Shown in pieces: positions 10,372 through 21,392 of a DNA stretch of 64,000 nucleotides (the stretch's first letter is position 1; the number at the start of each line of letters is the position of its first letter). Below the pieces are notes generated by a model. The model searched no databases and had not been told where the DNA came from. It saw only the letters and a program-made list of their open reading frames with translations. This stretch comes from Gammaproteobacteria bacterium (GTDB taxonomy: Bacteria; Pseudomonadota; Gammaproteobacteria; Arenicellales; Poriferihabitantaceae), in assembly GCA_026709505.1 (NCBI GenBank), contig JAPOSW010000094.1:9657-73656 (forward strand), written 5' to 3'. Both the position numbers and the translations under genes were made by a program.

Positions 10372-10776
10372 TCACTGGCAGATGGCCATGCAGTGCCTGG
10401 CTGCTCTCAAGAGTTCTTGATCGTCAAATGGCTTCACCAGCTGGTAAATGGCACCAACTGAGTGGCTTTTTGCCCGTTCATTAAGTCCGTTAGTGCTGGA
10501 AAGAATAATCACCGGGATCGGCCTGAATTCGACATTGCGCTTGACCAGGTAGCAAAGCTGATGGGCAGTCAATCGGTTCAGCGAGGCATCGATAAAAATT
10601 AGGCCGGGACGATGATTGACCACTCCAGTCAGCGCATCGATGCCATCGGCGAACGGGAGTACCTGATATTCCAGAGCCGCAAGAATTCGCTCGGCACGCA
10701 CAAGCAATGAGGCATCACTGCTGGCAAATAAAATCTTGCGGGCCAAAGCGAATTGACCGGGATTATCCTGAGCCAT
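10372..10776 (-). CDS. pilG: PilG-like single-domain response regulator (atypical)
   Basis: DGIDAL..PGLIFID..QLCYLVKRNVEF..PVIILSS..LVKPF align with PilG; divergent from yqgE as in the usual pilG locus. Confidence 0.75.
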   Translation of the reverse strand: MAQDNPGQFALARKILFASSDASLLVRAERILAALEYQVLPFADGIDALTGVVNHRPGLIFIDASLNRLTAHQLCYLVKRNVEFRPIPVIILSSTNGLNERAKSHSVGAIYQLVKPFDDQELLRAARHCMAICQ

Positions 10777-10912
10777 TCCGGCAAGGACGATGGTGCTCCG
10801 GGGGTTTCATAAGCGCCATCCGCATCAATCGGAGCGAATTTCCTGGACACCTAGGATGCGGAGGGTATTGTTCCCATCATTCTCAAGCGAACTTCCCAAG
10901 CCTTGAAGAGGA

Positions 10913-11209
10913 TCAGGGCTTGAACTCATCACACAGAAAAGCGAATCCATCAATCGAATCAAGCCTGAGCTTTACAATATTCTGGTAGGCATCCGAGTTG
11001 TACCACTCTTTCGCCTTTTCCTTGCTTTCGAACTTGATCACCACTGTGCGATTCGCGTCTGACTGCCCTTCCATGATCTCGATATTCTCGTCGACAACCA
11101 GCACCTCTGGGCTGTAGGGGCCGAGAGATTCGACCGCTTTCGGCAAGTAGTTTGAGTTGAGCGTTTCTGCATCGTGCACCTTGTGAGTAAAAATAAAATA
11201 AGCACTCAT
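10913..11209 (-). CDS. DUF1330 family protein
   Basis: Start MSAYFIF at 11209 with GGAG RBS; RTVVIKFESKEKAKEWYNSDAYQ motif. Confidence 0.88.
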   Translation of the reverse strand: MSAYFIFTHKVHDAETLNSNYLPKAVESLGPYSPEVLVVDENIEIMEGQSDANRTVVIKFESKEKAKEWYNSDAYQNIVKLRLDSIDGFAFLCDEFKP

Positions 11210-11899
11210 TGGACTCTCCAAAATAATTAAACTTGAAATCGGATTATATATCATGAGTTTTGTGCAACCATGAATAAAGCGAACAAGCCAGTAAAGGCTT
11301 TCTTCTCCTGCTTGACTGGTCGAGAATAGAGGAACAACGCCCGGCCATGCAACGACATCCCGTTGCATGTGCTCACAATATCGACCGGGGAAATACCCCT
11401 CTGGAACATTTCCAAATTCGAAGTTGCTCTGTACCGCAAGTCCAGTCAATTTGGAAGACTCTAAAATGCTGGCGGTCTGGCAGCGGTTGCGCTGACAGAT
11501 TGAACGGTTCTTACCAGTGCCCTCGACGAGCCGATGGTAAAATGGTCTTAATGACGCACCTCTTCAATCCTTCGCAGATGGAGGTCGGCTGCCTTGGATC
11601 CGTCTTCCTTTCATGGCTGAAAAGCCTTGCATGCCCCTCGACCTGTACCTGTTTTTCATGAATGCCAGCAAGACAAATCGGCCTTGTGCTTTACCGGTTT
11701 TCAACTGCTGTTTCCAGGCTAATTTATCTTGCTGGCAAATCCAGATGACGATTGCCGATGACCTGCTCATCAAAAAATGCAGTAAATATTTCAATTCAGA
11801 ACTCGTTGACTCATGGTAAGATTGGCATCTGCATATTCAGGCGACTCCAAGTACGGAAAAACATCTCACTATCCGGAATCCCGGAAACAACTGGACTTG

Positions 11900-12457
11900 A
11901 TGGAATCTCTTCAAAATCGTTTCCTCGTATCCATGCCCCAGCTGCTTAGCGAGGAGTTCTCCAGAAGCGTTATACTGATGTGCCATCACGATGATGGCGG
12001 TGCGATCGGAATCATTGTCAACAAGACAACTTCCCACTGCATAGGCGAGATATTCTCCGAAATGGATATCATCACGACCATCGACACTTACGCAAGGCAA
12101 CCTATTCTCAACGGGGGCCCCCTATCCCAGGAACTTGGCCTAGTGATTCACGATGGAAGGGAATCAAGATGGAAATCCAGCCTCAAGGTAGACAATGGCT
12201 TGTGCTTGACCAGCTCCAAGGAAATCCTTGCCGACATGGCGATCGGATCGGGACCCGAACGTGCCCTGGTCACTTTCGGGTATGCCAGCTGGGCCCCAGG
12301 TCAGCTCGAATCAGAAATCCGTGAAAACAGCTGGCTGACAACCCCGGTCGATCTTGAGATTCTGTTTTCAACGCCCTTTCAAGACCGCTGGCATCGTTCG
12401 GCCGCCATTCTAGGCATCGACATCAATCAGATATCAGGACAACTTGGGCATGCCTGA
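11900..12457 (+). CDS. yqgE: YqgE/AlgH family protein
   Basis: FLVSMP, GAIGIIVN, GGP, GYASWAPGQLESEIRENSW. Confidence 0.93.
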   Translation: MESLQNRFLVSMPQLLSEEFSRSVILMCHHDDGGAIGIIVNKTTSHCIGEIFSEMDIITTIDTYARQPILNGGPLSQELGLVIHDGRESRWKSSLKVDNGLCLTSSKEILADMAIGSGPERALVTFGYASWAPGQLESEIRENSWLTTPVDLEILFSTPFQDRWHRSAAILGIDINQISGQLGHA

Positions 12458-12926
12458 CCTCAAGCAGCAAAAGAAACCGACAGGACGCGTACTCGGTTTT
12501 GATTATGGCTCGCTACGCATCGGCATCGCAGTTGGCAACAGGATTACCGGTACAGCTGAACCTCTCGACATCATTCATAATCGCAGGCACGCGCCCGGCT
12601 GGATGGAAATTTTAGGTATCATTAACGAATGGAAGCCCGAAATTCTTGTGGTTGGGCTGCCTCTTTCCATCTCGGGCGAAGAAACGGAGATGTCGGCCGA
12701 GGCTCGGGCTTTTGCGAAAAAACTCGGCAATAAAAGCCGGGTAGACTACATCATGGTGGATGAACGATACTCAACCTATGAAGCAAGCGAGGTTGTGGTT
12801 AGCCTGGCCAAGTACAAGATACGCAAGCGTTGGGCATTCAATGAGAGGGACGGCATAGCCGCCCAGATCATTCTCGAGACCTATTTCGCAGATATCAAGG
12901 ATCAACAGCTGAGTCGACATGGATAA
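12450..12926 (+). CDS. ruvX: RuvX/YqgF pre-16S rRNA nuclease
   Basis: LGFDYGSLRIGIAVG, VVGLP, DERYST, AAQIILE. Confidence 0.94.
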   Translation: MPDLKQQKKPTGRVLGFDYGSLRIGIAVGNRITGTAEPLDIIHNRRHAPGWMEILGIINEWKPEILVVGLPLSISGEETEMSAEARAFAKKLGNKSRVDYIMVDERYSTYEASEVVVSLAKYKIRKRWAFNERDGIAAQIILETYFADIKDQQLSRHG

Positions 12927-13416
12927 TGCCGCCGCCAATGCCGTCGACAATCTCGCTCAACAAGTCGCTTCAAGTTTGATCGAAGATCCTTTGCTGATCG
13001 GCATCCATACGGGAGGGGTTTGGGTTGCCGACATTCTCCACCGGAAAATTGGCTTCAGCGAAGAACTGGGCATCCTGGATATTTCATTCTACCGGGACGA
13101 CTTCAGCAGAGTCGGGCTTAACCCGCAGGTCAAGGCATCCTCCTTGCCGGCTGGAATAGAGGACCGCAATATCATCCTGATCGATGACGTGCTCTATACC
13201 GGCCGCACGATCCGTGCCGCCCTCAATGAAATATTCTCGTATGGGCGGCCTGCAAGTGTCAAGCTGGGCGTTCTGATCAAGAGGACTGGTCGCGAACTGC
13301 CGATACAGTCCGATTTCACCGGCATGGAAATGGATCTGGGAGACCATCAACAGGCCAAGCTCTATCGAGATAATGGCAAGCTCGGTTTCAGCATTGACGA
13401 GACAGGCTGTACTTGA
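12919..13416 (+). CDS. pyrR: PyrR bifunctional regulator/uracil PRTase
   Basis: [29 protein letters not shown]. Confidence 0.95.
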   Translation: MDNAAANAVDNLAQQVASSLIEDPLLIGIHTGGVWVADILHRKIGFSEELGILDISFYRDDFSRVGLNPQVKASSLPAGIEDRNIILIDDVLYTGRTIRAALNEIFSYGRPASVKLGVLIKRTGRELPIQSDFTGMEMDLGDHQQAKLYRDNGKLGFSIDETGCT

Positions 13417-13418
13417 AT

Positions 13419-14396
13419 ATGCACGCAAACGTTCCTGTCCAGTTTGACCACAATGGAAAACTCCGCCATTTCCTGACCATACAGGGACTTTCCGAAGAAA
13501 CTCTCACAGGGATTCTTGACATCGCTCACTCCTTCATTGATTTCGGCAAACGCGAAATCAAGAAAATCCCCCTGATGCGGGGGAAAACGGTGGTAAACCT
13601 GTTTTTCGAGCCGAGCACTCGAACACGCACCACCTTTGAAATCGCGGCGAAACGACTATCTGCCGATGTTGTGAACATGAATGCAACCCGAATGTCGACC
13701 ACAAAAGGCGAAACCATTCTGGATACTGTGAAAACGATTGAAGCCATGCATACTGACATGTTTGTGGTTCGAGATCGTGCAAGTGGCGCGGCACAGTTGA
13801 TTGCCAGCCATCTGCCCGACTATGTCCGGGTCATCAATGCCGGAGACGGACGCCATGAGCATCCCACTCAAGCCATGCTCGATGTGTTTACCATCCGTCA
13901 GCACAGACAGGACTTCTCCAAGCTTCGTATCGCTATCGTGGGCGATATCCTCCACTCACGCGTTGCACGCTCGCAGATTCATGCCCTGAATATACTCGGT
14001 ACCCGTGAAATTCGCGTAATTGGACCTCGCACCCTGATCCCCACGGATATCGAGACCATGGGGGTCGGCTACGTCAATAACATGAGGGACGGCCTCGAGA
14101 ATATTGATGTCGTCATCATGTTGCGCATACAGCGAGAAAGAATGGACGGCCAGCTTATTCCCAGCGAACAGGAATACTTCGCTCGTTATGGACTGACCGA
14201 GGAGACTCTCGGCTTTGCGAAGCCTGATGCCATGGTCATGCACCCCGGCCCCATTAACCGTGGCCTGGAAATCTCTTCAAGCGTAGCTGACGGGAATCGA
14301 TCCGTTATTCTTGATCAGGTTACCAATGGGATTGCAGTCAGAATGTCAATCATGGCCCACCTAATGGGTGGCCAGGAAAAATCCAGATGGACATAA
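13419..14396 (+). CDS. pyrB: Aspartate carbamoyltransferase catalytic subunit
   Basis: [29 protein letters not shown]. Confidence 0.97.
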   Translation: MHANVPVQFDHNGKLRHFLTIQGLSEETLTGILDIAHSFIDFGKREIKKIPLMRGKTVVNLFFEPSTRTRTTFEIAAKRLSADVVNMNATRMSTTKGETILDTVKTIEAMHTDMFVVRDRASGAAQLIASHLPDYVRVINAGDGRHEHPTQAMLDVFTIRQHRQDFSKLRIAIVGDILHSRVARSQIHALNILGTREIRVIGPRTLIPTDIETMGVGYVNNMRDGLENIDVVIMLRIQRERMDGQLIPSEQEYFARYGLTEETLGFAKPDAMVMHPGPINRGLEISSSVADGNRSVILDQVTNGIAVRMSIMAHLMGGQEKSRWT

Positions 14397-15661
14397 GTAT
14401 CCTTAATGGCCATTTGATAGATCCAGCCAATGGGATCAATCAGGTTATGGATATCCATATCTCCCAGGACCGGATCAAGGCAATCGGCGATCCAGGCCAG
14501 GATTTCAAGCCCGAAAGAGTCATTGACGCCAAAGGCCGCTACATTTTCCCAGGCATTGTCGATCTGTGTGCCCGATTGCGGGAACCCGGAGAGGAACATA
14601 AAGCCACCATCCTGAGCGAGACCCGCGCCGCAGCCAGCGCAGGGATCACCAGCCTGATCTGCCCGCCTGACACATTGCCCGTTATCGAAACCCCCGGCAT
14701 GGTGCACATGATCCAGGATCGGGCCAATGCAGCGGGATACAGTGATATTTATCCTCTCGGTGCGCTTACGTCCGGCCTGAAAGGCGAAAAACTTACCGAC
14801 ATGGCTACTCTCCAGGATGCGGGATGCGTGGGGGTAAGCAATGCGCTTGAACCGGTTGAAAATTCACTGCTGATGCGAAGAGCAATGCAGTATGCCTCGA
14901 CCTACGACATACCGGTTTTTCTGGCCTCATGGGATCCATGGCTGCAGGGCAACGGGGTCGTCCATGAGGGATTCATCAGCACGCTGCTCGGATTACCAGC
15001 AATACCGGAAGCGGCAGAAACCGTTGGAGTTGCACGTGACATTGCGCTGGTTGAAACTACCGGCGCTTCAGCACACATCCTTCTTATTTCCTGCGAAAAA
15101 TCAGTCTCCAGACTGAGGGAGGCCAGGCAACGAAAATTGCCCATTACCGGTTCCGTCGCTGTCCACAACCTGCTCTGTACTGAAAGCGATATTGGAGAGT
15201 TCAATACGTTCTTCAAGGTCATTCCACCATTGCGTACAATGCAGGATCAGGAAGGGCTGATTCAAGGACTGGCAGGTGGCGATATTTCGGTAATCTGTTC
15301 AGATCACCAGCCACACAGCCTGGACTCAAAGCTGGCTCCCTTCAGCGAGGCAGCAACCGGCATTGCCGGCCTTGACACGCTGCTGACTCTGGCCTGGAGT
15401 CTGGCAAGAAACGGCCGGCTAAAAGCAGAAACAGTGATTGCAGCGCTGACCGAGAACCCCGCTCAAATTGCTGGTCTTGAGTGTGGCAATCTGGCTGTCG
15501 GAAAACCCGCTGACCTGCTGGTGTTTGATGAGGGGGTGAGCTGGACACTGGACAATACCACAATGATGAGCAGAGGAAGGAACTCGCCCTGGTTCGGTCA
15601 TGAGCTCACTGGCAAGGTTTTATTGACCATCAAGGGTGGAAAAATCGTCTGGGAACCCTGA
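14387..15661 (+). CDS. pyrC: Dihydroorotase-like protein (probably inactive PyrC')
   Basis: DHOase family motifs (REPG, SDHQPH), but the Zn-binding DLHxH is replaced by DLCAR. Confidence 0.9.
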   Translation: MDISILNGHLIDPANGINQVMDIHISQDRIKAIGDPGQDFKPERVIDAKGRYIFPGIVDLCARLREPGEEHKATILSETRAAASAGITSLICPPDTLPVIETPGMVHMIQDRANAAGYSDIYPLGALTSGLKGEKLTDMATLQDAGCVGVSNALEPVENSLLMRRAMQYASTYDIPVFLASWDPWLQGNGVVHEGFISTLLGLPAIPEAAETVGVARDIALVETTGASAHILLISCEKSVSRLREARQRKLPITGSVAVHNLLCTESDIGEFNTFFKVIPPLRTMQDQEGLIQGLAGGDISVICSDHQPHSLDSKLAPFSEAATGIAGLDTLLTLAWSLARNGRLKAETVIAALTENPAQIAGLECGNLAVGKPADLLVFDEGVSWTLDNTTMMSRGRNSPWFGHELTGKVLLTIKGGKIVWEP

Positions 15662-15835
15662 TCAGTCTCTCAACACTCCCTGACCGGCTTCTCCGGTTTT
15701 CTATTGGCGCCATGCCCGGATTGATGGACACCAGTGCCAAAATCGTACTGGAAATATTGTCCCGCTTATTCATATTCCTGTCAGGGATTCATGATTAAAC
15801 TCGCCTTCAGTATTTTTTCAAACACATACGAAAGC

Positions 15836-17359
15836 ATGAAAACAGCAAACACAATGCCATTCAACCAGGTCAGCAGAAGTACTCATGGAATTTTTCGGGC
15901 TTTCGCAGCTTTCTGCCTCACTGCAGGGGTTCTCCTGATCAATTCAGCTCCGGCAAGCGTCGACTCATCCCATGCTGCGGCCGATCTTGGAGAAGTCAAT
16001 ATAAGCGATGGATTTTCTGAGCTGGTTGAAGCGGTCAAGCCTACCGTCGTGAACATATCCGTAACTGGCAGCGTTAAAACCCCAAGGTCAGGCCCTTTCG
16101 GTGAGAACATGCCGTTCGATGATTTCTTCCGGCGTTTTTTCGAGGGGGTGCCCGAGATGGCGCCTGATCAGGATCAGGCCCCGAATGTCAGGAAAACAAT
16201 GGCAGTGGGATCCGGCTTTATCGTGGATCCTGATGGACTGGTCGTCACCAATCATCATGTCATTGAAAATGCTGATTCCATCGAAGTGGTGCTGCACAAT
16301 GGCATCCGAATTCCTGCAACTGTCAAGGGAACCGACGAAAGAACAGATCTGGCCCTGCTGGAAATCGAATCAGACAGCCCGCTTCCCTATGCCAAATTCG
16401 GCGATTCCGATGCCGCCAAGGTCGGCGACTGGGTTGTTGCGATTGGCAACCCTTTTGGCTTTGGAGGCACCACCACCAGCGGCATCATCTCTGCACGGGG
16501 TCGCGACATACAGCAGGGATCCTTGCTGGACTTTATCCAGATCGATGCTTCAATCAATCGCGGGAATTCAGGGGGACCGCTTTTCAATATCCGCGGGGAA
16601 GTGATTGGAGTCAATAACGCAATCTACTCTCCAACAGGGGGCAATGTCGGCATCGGCTTTGCAATTCCCTCATCCACGGCCCGGGAAATCATCGACCAGC
16701 TCAAGTCCAGCGGAATTGTCGAACGGGGTTTTCTAGGGGTTTTGGTTCAATCCCTTGATGAAGAACTAGCGGAAAGTTTTGGACTGGAAGCAACAGAAGG
16801 AGCTCTTGTTGCACAGGTCAATCCGGACAGCCCAGCGGAAAGGGCCGGCATACGGGTCGGAGACATCATTGTCAAGTTCGATGGCAAGCCCGTCGACAGT
16901 CCGCGCAGTCTGGCGCGCATAGTCTCTCTCACCAGTGAAAACAGCAAGGTTATCGTAACTCTGTGGAGAGACAATGCTGAAGTCAATGTGTTTGCCGATA
17001 TCGGCAATCTACAGGCTTCAAATGATCAACCGGAAGCTCCGGCTGCTTCCGTCTCGATGGATAGAATTGATCCGTTTGGAATGTCTGTCCGGGTCATCAC
17101 CAGTCAGGACAGGGAAAACTACAATCTGGAAGAAGATGCTGAAGGAGTGGTCATCATCGAAATCGGTCCGGACAGCATAGCCGCAGAAAATGGGCTAAGG
17201 CCTGGCTTCATCATCGAGCGGGTCGGCAATCAAGAGGTTCTGACCGTTCAGGACATCCGGAATCAGGTGGAGCAGCTCATCAAGGATGGCCGAAGCTCTG
17301 TTCTGATGCTGGTTCAGCGCTTTGACGGTGCATCTTTCATCACGCTGCCCCTGTCGTGA
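15836..17359 (+). CDS. Do/DegP family serine endoprotease with two PDZ domains
   Basis: GSGF, TNHHV, DLAL, IQIDASINRGNSGGPL; signal peptide; start uncertain. Confidence 0.95.
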   Translation: MKTANTMPFNQVSRSTHGIFRAFAAFCLTAGVLLINSAPASVDSSHAAADLGEVNISDGFSELVEAVKPTVVNISVTGSVKTPRSGPFGENMPFDDFFRRFFEGVPEMAPDQDQAPNVRKTMAVGSGFIVDPDGLVVTNHHVIENADSIEVVLHNGIRIPATVKGTDERTDLALLEIESDSPLPYAKFGDSDAAKVGDWVVAIGNPFGFGGTTTSGIISARGRDIQQGSLLDFIQIDASINRGNSGGPLFNIRGEVIGVNNAIYSPTGGNVGIGFAIPSSTAREIIDQLKSSGIVERGFLGVLVQSLDEELAESFGLEATEGALVAQVNPDSPAERAGIRVGDIIVKFDGKPVDSPRSLARIVSLTSENSKVIVTLWRDNAEVNVFADIGNLQASNDQPEAPAASVSMDRIDPFGMSVRVITSQDRENYNLEEDAEGVVIIEIGPDSIAAENGLRPGFIIERVGNQEVLTVQDIRNQVEQLIKDGRSSVLMLVQRFDGASFITLPLS

Positions 17360-17409
17360 TGCCAAGGCGCCTGTAGCGGATTGCCCGTCCATTCCGCTAC
17401 AGGCAGACT

Positions 17410-17595
17410 TCTTCTTATAGTCCTTCGACCAGAATCAAGTCCCCATCAGCAGCAGCATACACTTCCGGAATTTGGTGGAGGGCAATTGCTTGATTGCTTG
17501 AGTATTCGATATGCCTTTGAAATAGTCTACCCAGAGGCTGGAGTCGACCAGAATCATTCTGAGTTCTCATATCATCGAGATTTCCGACCCATTAC
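17410..17595 (-). pseudogene. vapBC toxin-antitoxin relic
   Basis: ATG 17557 gives MILVDSSLWVDYFKG (PIN N-terminus), followed by an out-of-frame GDLILVEGL* segment. Upstream WVGNLDDMRT resembles a VapB C-terminus. Confidence 0.65.
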
Positions 17596-17654
17596 AAGGC
17601 GTGAGCGGTAATGCTTTATGCATTCCTGCGCTTTCGCCTGTCGACGCAATTGCT

Positions 17655-18257
17655 TCAGAACGCCGATCCCGGGAGTTTCAGAAAATCCAGTTCCTGAGCA
17701 GTGGAAGTGCGCCCCAAAATCGGGTTTCGATGGGGGAATCGCCCGAACTTTTCGATCACTTCACGATGCTTTACTGCATACTCCAGAAAACCCTCGAACA
17801 TTTCCCGCTCCGCTGGCCCTGCCATATCCACCAGTTTCCTGAACAGAATAACTGAACGTTCCTGATCCCTCAGATCTTCGCTATGCTCAAAAGGGAGATA
17901 GGCAAACACGCACTGCAGTGGGGTCATGAATTTCTCGAATCCTTGCGATACGAACTGTTCAGCCAATTCCCTTGCCATGGCATCATAAAAGAAACTTTGG
18001 GGAGTTCCCCTGAATATGTTTCGAGGAAACTGGTCAAGAGCCAGTATCGATGCCAGACAGCCATCCGGCTGATTTCTCCAGAAATTGTATTGACTGCCTG
18101 CGTGGATTAGATCAATAAGCGGCCGGAACAGATTGGCCATGTTCTGATCAACGGCAGAGCTCTTGCCCCACCATAGATCGGACATCTCCGAATTGATATC
18201 GAGCATGCTTTTCTGGTTTCCAAACCAAAACTCCAATATGGCTGAAGGTGTAAACAT
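17655..18257 (-). CDS. DUF924 family protein
   Basis: ILEFWF, LDQFPRNIFR, YLPFEHSE, FGRFPHRN. Confidence 0.93.
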   Translation of the reverse strand: MFTPSAILEFWFGNQKSMLDINSEMSDLWWGKSSAVDQNMANLFRPLIDLIHAGSQYNFWRNQPDGCLASILALDQFPRNIFRGTPQSFFYDAMARELAEQFVSQGFEKFMTPLQCVFAYLPFEHSEDLRDQERSVILFRKLVDMAGPAEREMFEGFLEYAVKHREVIEKFGRFPHRNPILGRTSTAQELDFLKLPGSAF

Positions 18258-18364
18258 AATCCGTATTCATGATTTGCTGCAGTTGCCATACAATACTACT
18301 GAAATCAACGCAACACAACAACAAGCACTGGCAGTTCTAACTCGAAGATTGTAGATTCAATTGT

Positions 18365-18853
18365 ATGTTTCCCCGTATTTTTCTGTTCCTGGTCGCACTG
18401 TTTGGCATCATGTGGTATCTGTCGTGGTACCGGCGAGCAAGCCCCAGGAAACGCAATCAATCGCTGCTAGCCATTCTCCTGTACGGGTTGGGAGCAGCAT
18501 TGCTGCTGCTAGTAGTCACCGGCAAGGTTCATGCACTGTTTGCAATTTTTAGCGCACTGGTACCCTGGGTCAATCGAGCACTCGCTGCGCGATTGATTTG
18601 GCGGCAGTTCAGCGGCTTTCGAGCAAATGCAGGAACTTCATCGAACTCGGGACACCACCAGAACCGGGCAAATCCCGGTGTAATGACCCAACAGGAAGCC
18701 CTGGAAATTCTCGGCCTCAATTCTGGTGCAAGCAAAGAAGAGGTTATTGCTGCACACAAGAAACTGATGCAAAAGATTCACCCGGACAAGGGCGGGTCAA
18801 GTTTTCTGGCCAGCCAGATCAATCAGGCAAAAGATACCCTGCTCAATCACTGA
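18365..18853 (+). CDS. Membrane-anchored J-domain protein
   Basis: N-terminal TM helices; EALEILGL..HPDKGGS..INQAKDTL. Confidence 0.9.
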   Translation: MFPRIFLFLVALFGIMWYLSWYRRASPRKRNQSLLAILLYGLGAALLLLVVTGKVHALFAIFSALVPWVNRALAARLIWRQFSGFRANAGTSSNSGHHQNRANPGVMTQQEALEILGLNSGASKEEVIAAHKKLMQKIHPDKGGSSFLASQINQAKDTLLNH

Positions 18854-19284
18854 AGGGATTTAACAACCATTCTCGGCATTGTGAAATACTGACTGAAGCA
18901 GGATAATTTCTCCACGGGAAACAGCAGGACAATTAAACGGATAACGACAAGAGTCCTGGACCTTTTGCGAACAAAGTGGAAGTTACGATGGAGGTATACG
19001 GTCGAAAATCAATCCAGCATTACTCTCTGGCCAATGCGTCAAACCACCTCAAGCCATCGATCTGGCAGTAGTATTCCGAATCGATAGTCGTAGGCCTTTT
19101 GAGAAATACAAATCCGGGGAATCACTCACCCTTGACAATGTTCGGACCCTTGAGCAATTGCAAAATCAAATTGGATGCAGGAATAACGATGGTTCTTGAG
19201 TTCGAAGTCATTGAAATAACTTTACCCCTATATTCCAGTTTTTGCTAAAATCCCGGAACAGTTAATTCAACTACAGTAAGTATT

Positions 19285-20496
19285 TTGTCTAAGCTGTTTA
19301 CATTTATAGTCACTGCACTTACATTGGGTTCATGGCCAGCTGCTGTTGGATTTATTGGTCCCGAAACGAATCGTAACTGGGGCATTACCGACCAGGCAAT
19401 CTCGGATGCAATCTCTCCCTACCTCCTGTCACGAAGCCTGCCCCAAAAGATCGTGATTCCAAACGGCATTGTGGATGAACCTCTGCAAGTCAACTATACA
19501 TTCGATCAGAACCTGCAGAACCATGCCGAATCCTTGCTCGGGAAATACAATCCCGATTACGGAGTATTTGTAGCCATTGATCCCGACAATGGCCATGTTC
19601 TGACCATGGCTGAATCCCGCCGGGATGGTCTTGACGGGGAAGTGTTTTCTGTCAAGAACACCTTTCCCGGTGCCTCAATATACAAGATTGTTACAGCAGT
19701 AGCTGCCGTCAATGAGGGCATTGCTTCGGAATCCACCATCATCCCGTTCAACGGCAAGGGCACGTCATTTTACAAAAAGCACGTATTCAATCACAAGGAT
19801 GGAGAATGGACCCGCAAATACACATTGAATGAATCATTTGCCAAGTCCGTGAATTCCGTATTTGGACGCCTGGGTGCTGTGCACCTTGAACCCGATGTCA
19901 TGCTTCAGTATGTGCACAAGCTCGGCTTCAACCGACGATTCGCTTCTGATTTTGCATTTGAGGGCGGGAGAGTCAACATAGATCCAGAAGACGCATGGCA
20001 GTTTGCGGAACTGGCTTCGGGCTATACAAGGAAAAACACCCTCTCGCCAATCCATGGTGCAGTACTGGGTGCACTGGCGGTCAACGATGGTCATCTTCTG
20101 ACTCCGTCCATTGTCAAATCATTGACGGATTCAAGCGGCATTCCGATTTACACCAACGAAAAGCCAAACAGAACCGCAGTCATTCATGCAGATACTGCCA
20201 GGCAACTCAAATCGATGATGGAATCCACCATTCGGATCGGATCGGCGAAACGCTCCTTTGGCAGGCTGAAGGGAGAGAGTTACAAGGGCTTGACCGTGGG
20301 CGGCAAAACTGGCTCCCTGACCGGCACTGAACCGAAAGGCAGGTATGACTGGTTTGTGGGCTTTGCCGACAACGGAGAACGTAAAATTGCCTATGCCATG
20401 TTGTGCATCAACAAGGAAAAATGGTATGTCAAGTCTGCCCGATTCGTTCGCGATATTCTGCATTACTACTACCAGTCGCCCGATAGCAAGGCCTAG
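19285..20496 (+). CDS. Penicillin-binding protein, transpeptidase domain only
   Basis: SxxK (SIYK), SxN (SVN), KTG; short N-terminal anchor; no transglycosylase or large dimerisation domain. Confidence 0.88.
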   Translation: MSKLFTFIVTALTLGSWPAAVGFIGPETNRNWGITDQAISDAISPYLLSRSLPQKIVIPNGIVDEPLQVNYTFDQNLQNHAESLLGKYNPDYGVFVAIDPDNGHVLTMAESRRDGLDGEVFSVKNTFPGASIYKIVTAVAAVNEGIASESTIIPFNGKGTSFYKKHVFNHKDGEWTRKYTLNESFAKSVNSVFGRLGAVHLEPDVMLQYVHKLGFNRRFASDFAFEGGRVNIDPEDAWQFAELASGYTRKNTLSPIHGAVLGALAVNDGHLLTPSIVKSLTDSSGIPIYTNEKPNRTAVIHADTARQLKSMMESTIRIGSAKRSFGRLKGESYKGLTVGGKTGSLTGTEPKGRYDWFVGFADNGERKIAYAMLCINKEKWYVKSARFVRDILHYYYQSPDSKA

Positions 20497-20520
20497 CATT
20501 ACCCATCTCAGGACCTTTCT

Positions 20521-21390
20521 TTGAAACAATACCTTGATGCTGTCCGGAAAACCCTGGAATCCGGAACCCGAAAAGCAAACAGAACCGGGGTGGATACCAT
20601 CTCGACCTTCAACATCAACTATGAAATTGATCTGGCCCAGGGATTTCCATTACTGACCACCAAGGAAATCTCCTGGAAAAACATCGTCATCGAAAATTTG
20701 TGGTTCCTGTCTGGACAAACCAGCATTGACCTGCTTCGCAAGCACGGATGCAGGTTCTGGGATCCATGGGCTGACGAGGATGGCATGGTTCCAAGTGCAT
20801 ACGGAAATTTCTGGCGTCATTTTCCCTTGCCCGACCATCAGTTCAACGATCAAGTCGCCTATGTGATCGATCAGTTGACCAGCAACCCATCAAGCAGACG
20901 CATGGTCGTCTCTGCCTGGGCACCCGGCAATGCGCAAACTAGCGCATTGCCGCCGTGCCATGCCCTGTGGGTCCTGAATGTCCAGTACAATTCGAAGGGA
21001 AGCCCCAGCCTGTGCCTGCATCTCACCCAAAGAAGCTGCGATATCGCCTTGGGAGTTCCCTACAACATTGCGGGATACTCGCTACTGCTTGAATTGTTTT
21101 CCCGGTTTTCCAGCATTCCAGCTGGACGCTTCGGCCACACCCTGATTGATGCACACATCTACACCTCCAAGGAAGATGGCAGCATGGCCGAATACGATCA
21201 TGTATCCGGGCTCAAAAGGCAGCTATTGCGTAAACCCCGATCACTTCCGCAGCTCCATATCGACCCATCGATCCGTTCCCTGTCCGACATTGAGCCTCTA
21301 CTTGAACTCGATACGGAAGAGATCATGTCGAAGTTTGTACTGGAAGGGTATGATCCGCATCCAGCGATCAACTTCAAGGTTGCCGTCTAG
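20521..21390 (+). CDS. thyA: Thymidylate synthase
   Basis: RTGV, FPLLTTK, SRRM, LPPCH, QRSCD, PYNIAGY, DAHIY. Confidence 0.95.
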   Translation: MKQYLDAVRKTLESGTRKANRTGVDTISTFNINYEIDLAQGFPLLTTKEISWKNIVIENLWFLSGQTSIDLLRKHGCRFWDPWADEDGMVPSAYGNFWRHFPLPDHQFNDQVAYVIDQLTSNPSSRRMVVSAWAPGNAQTSALPPCHALWVLNVQYNSKGSPSLCLHLTQRSCDIALGVPYNIAGYSLLLELFSRFSSIPAGRFGHTLIDAHIYTSKEDGSMAEYDHVSGLKRQLLRKPRSLPQLHIDPSIRSLSDIEPLLELDTEEIMSKFVLEGYDPHPAINFKVAV

Positions 21391-21392
21391 AA

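Noticed and set aside
11210-11899. Possible ncRNA or gshB/tonB remnant, including a 9-bp hairpin at 11346-11369
   Set aside because: One short hairpin and no recognisable RNA family or peptide similarity.
18860-19280. Possible further AAA/PD-(D/E)XK relic (IPNR.., MVLEFE)
   Set aside because: Matches are too short and interrupted to exceed chance.
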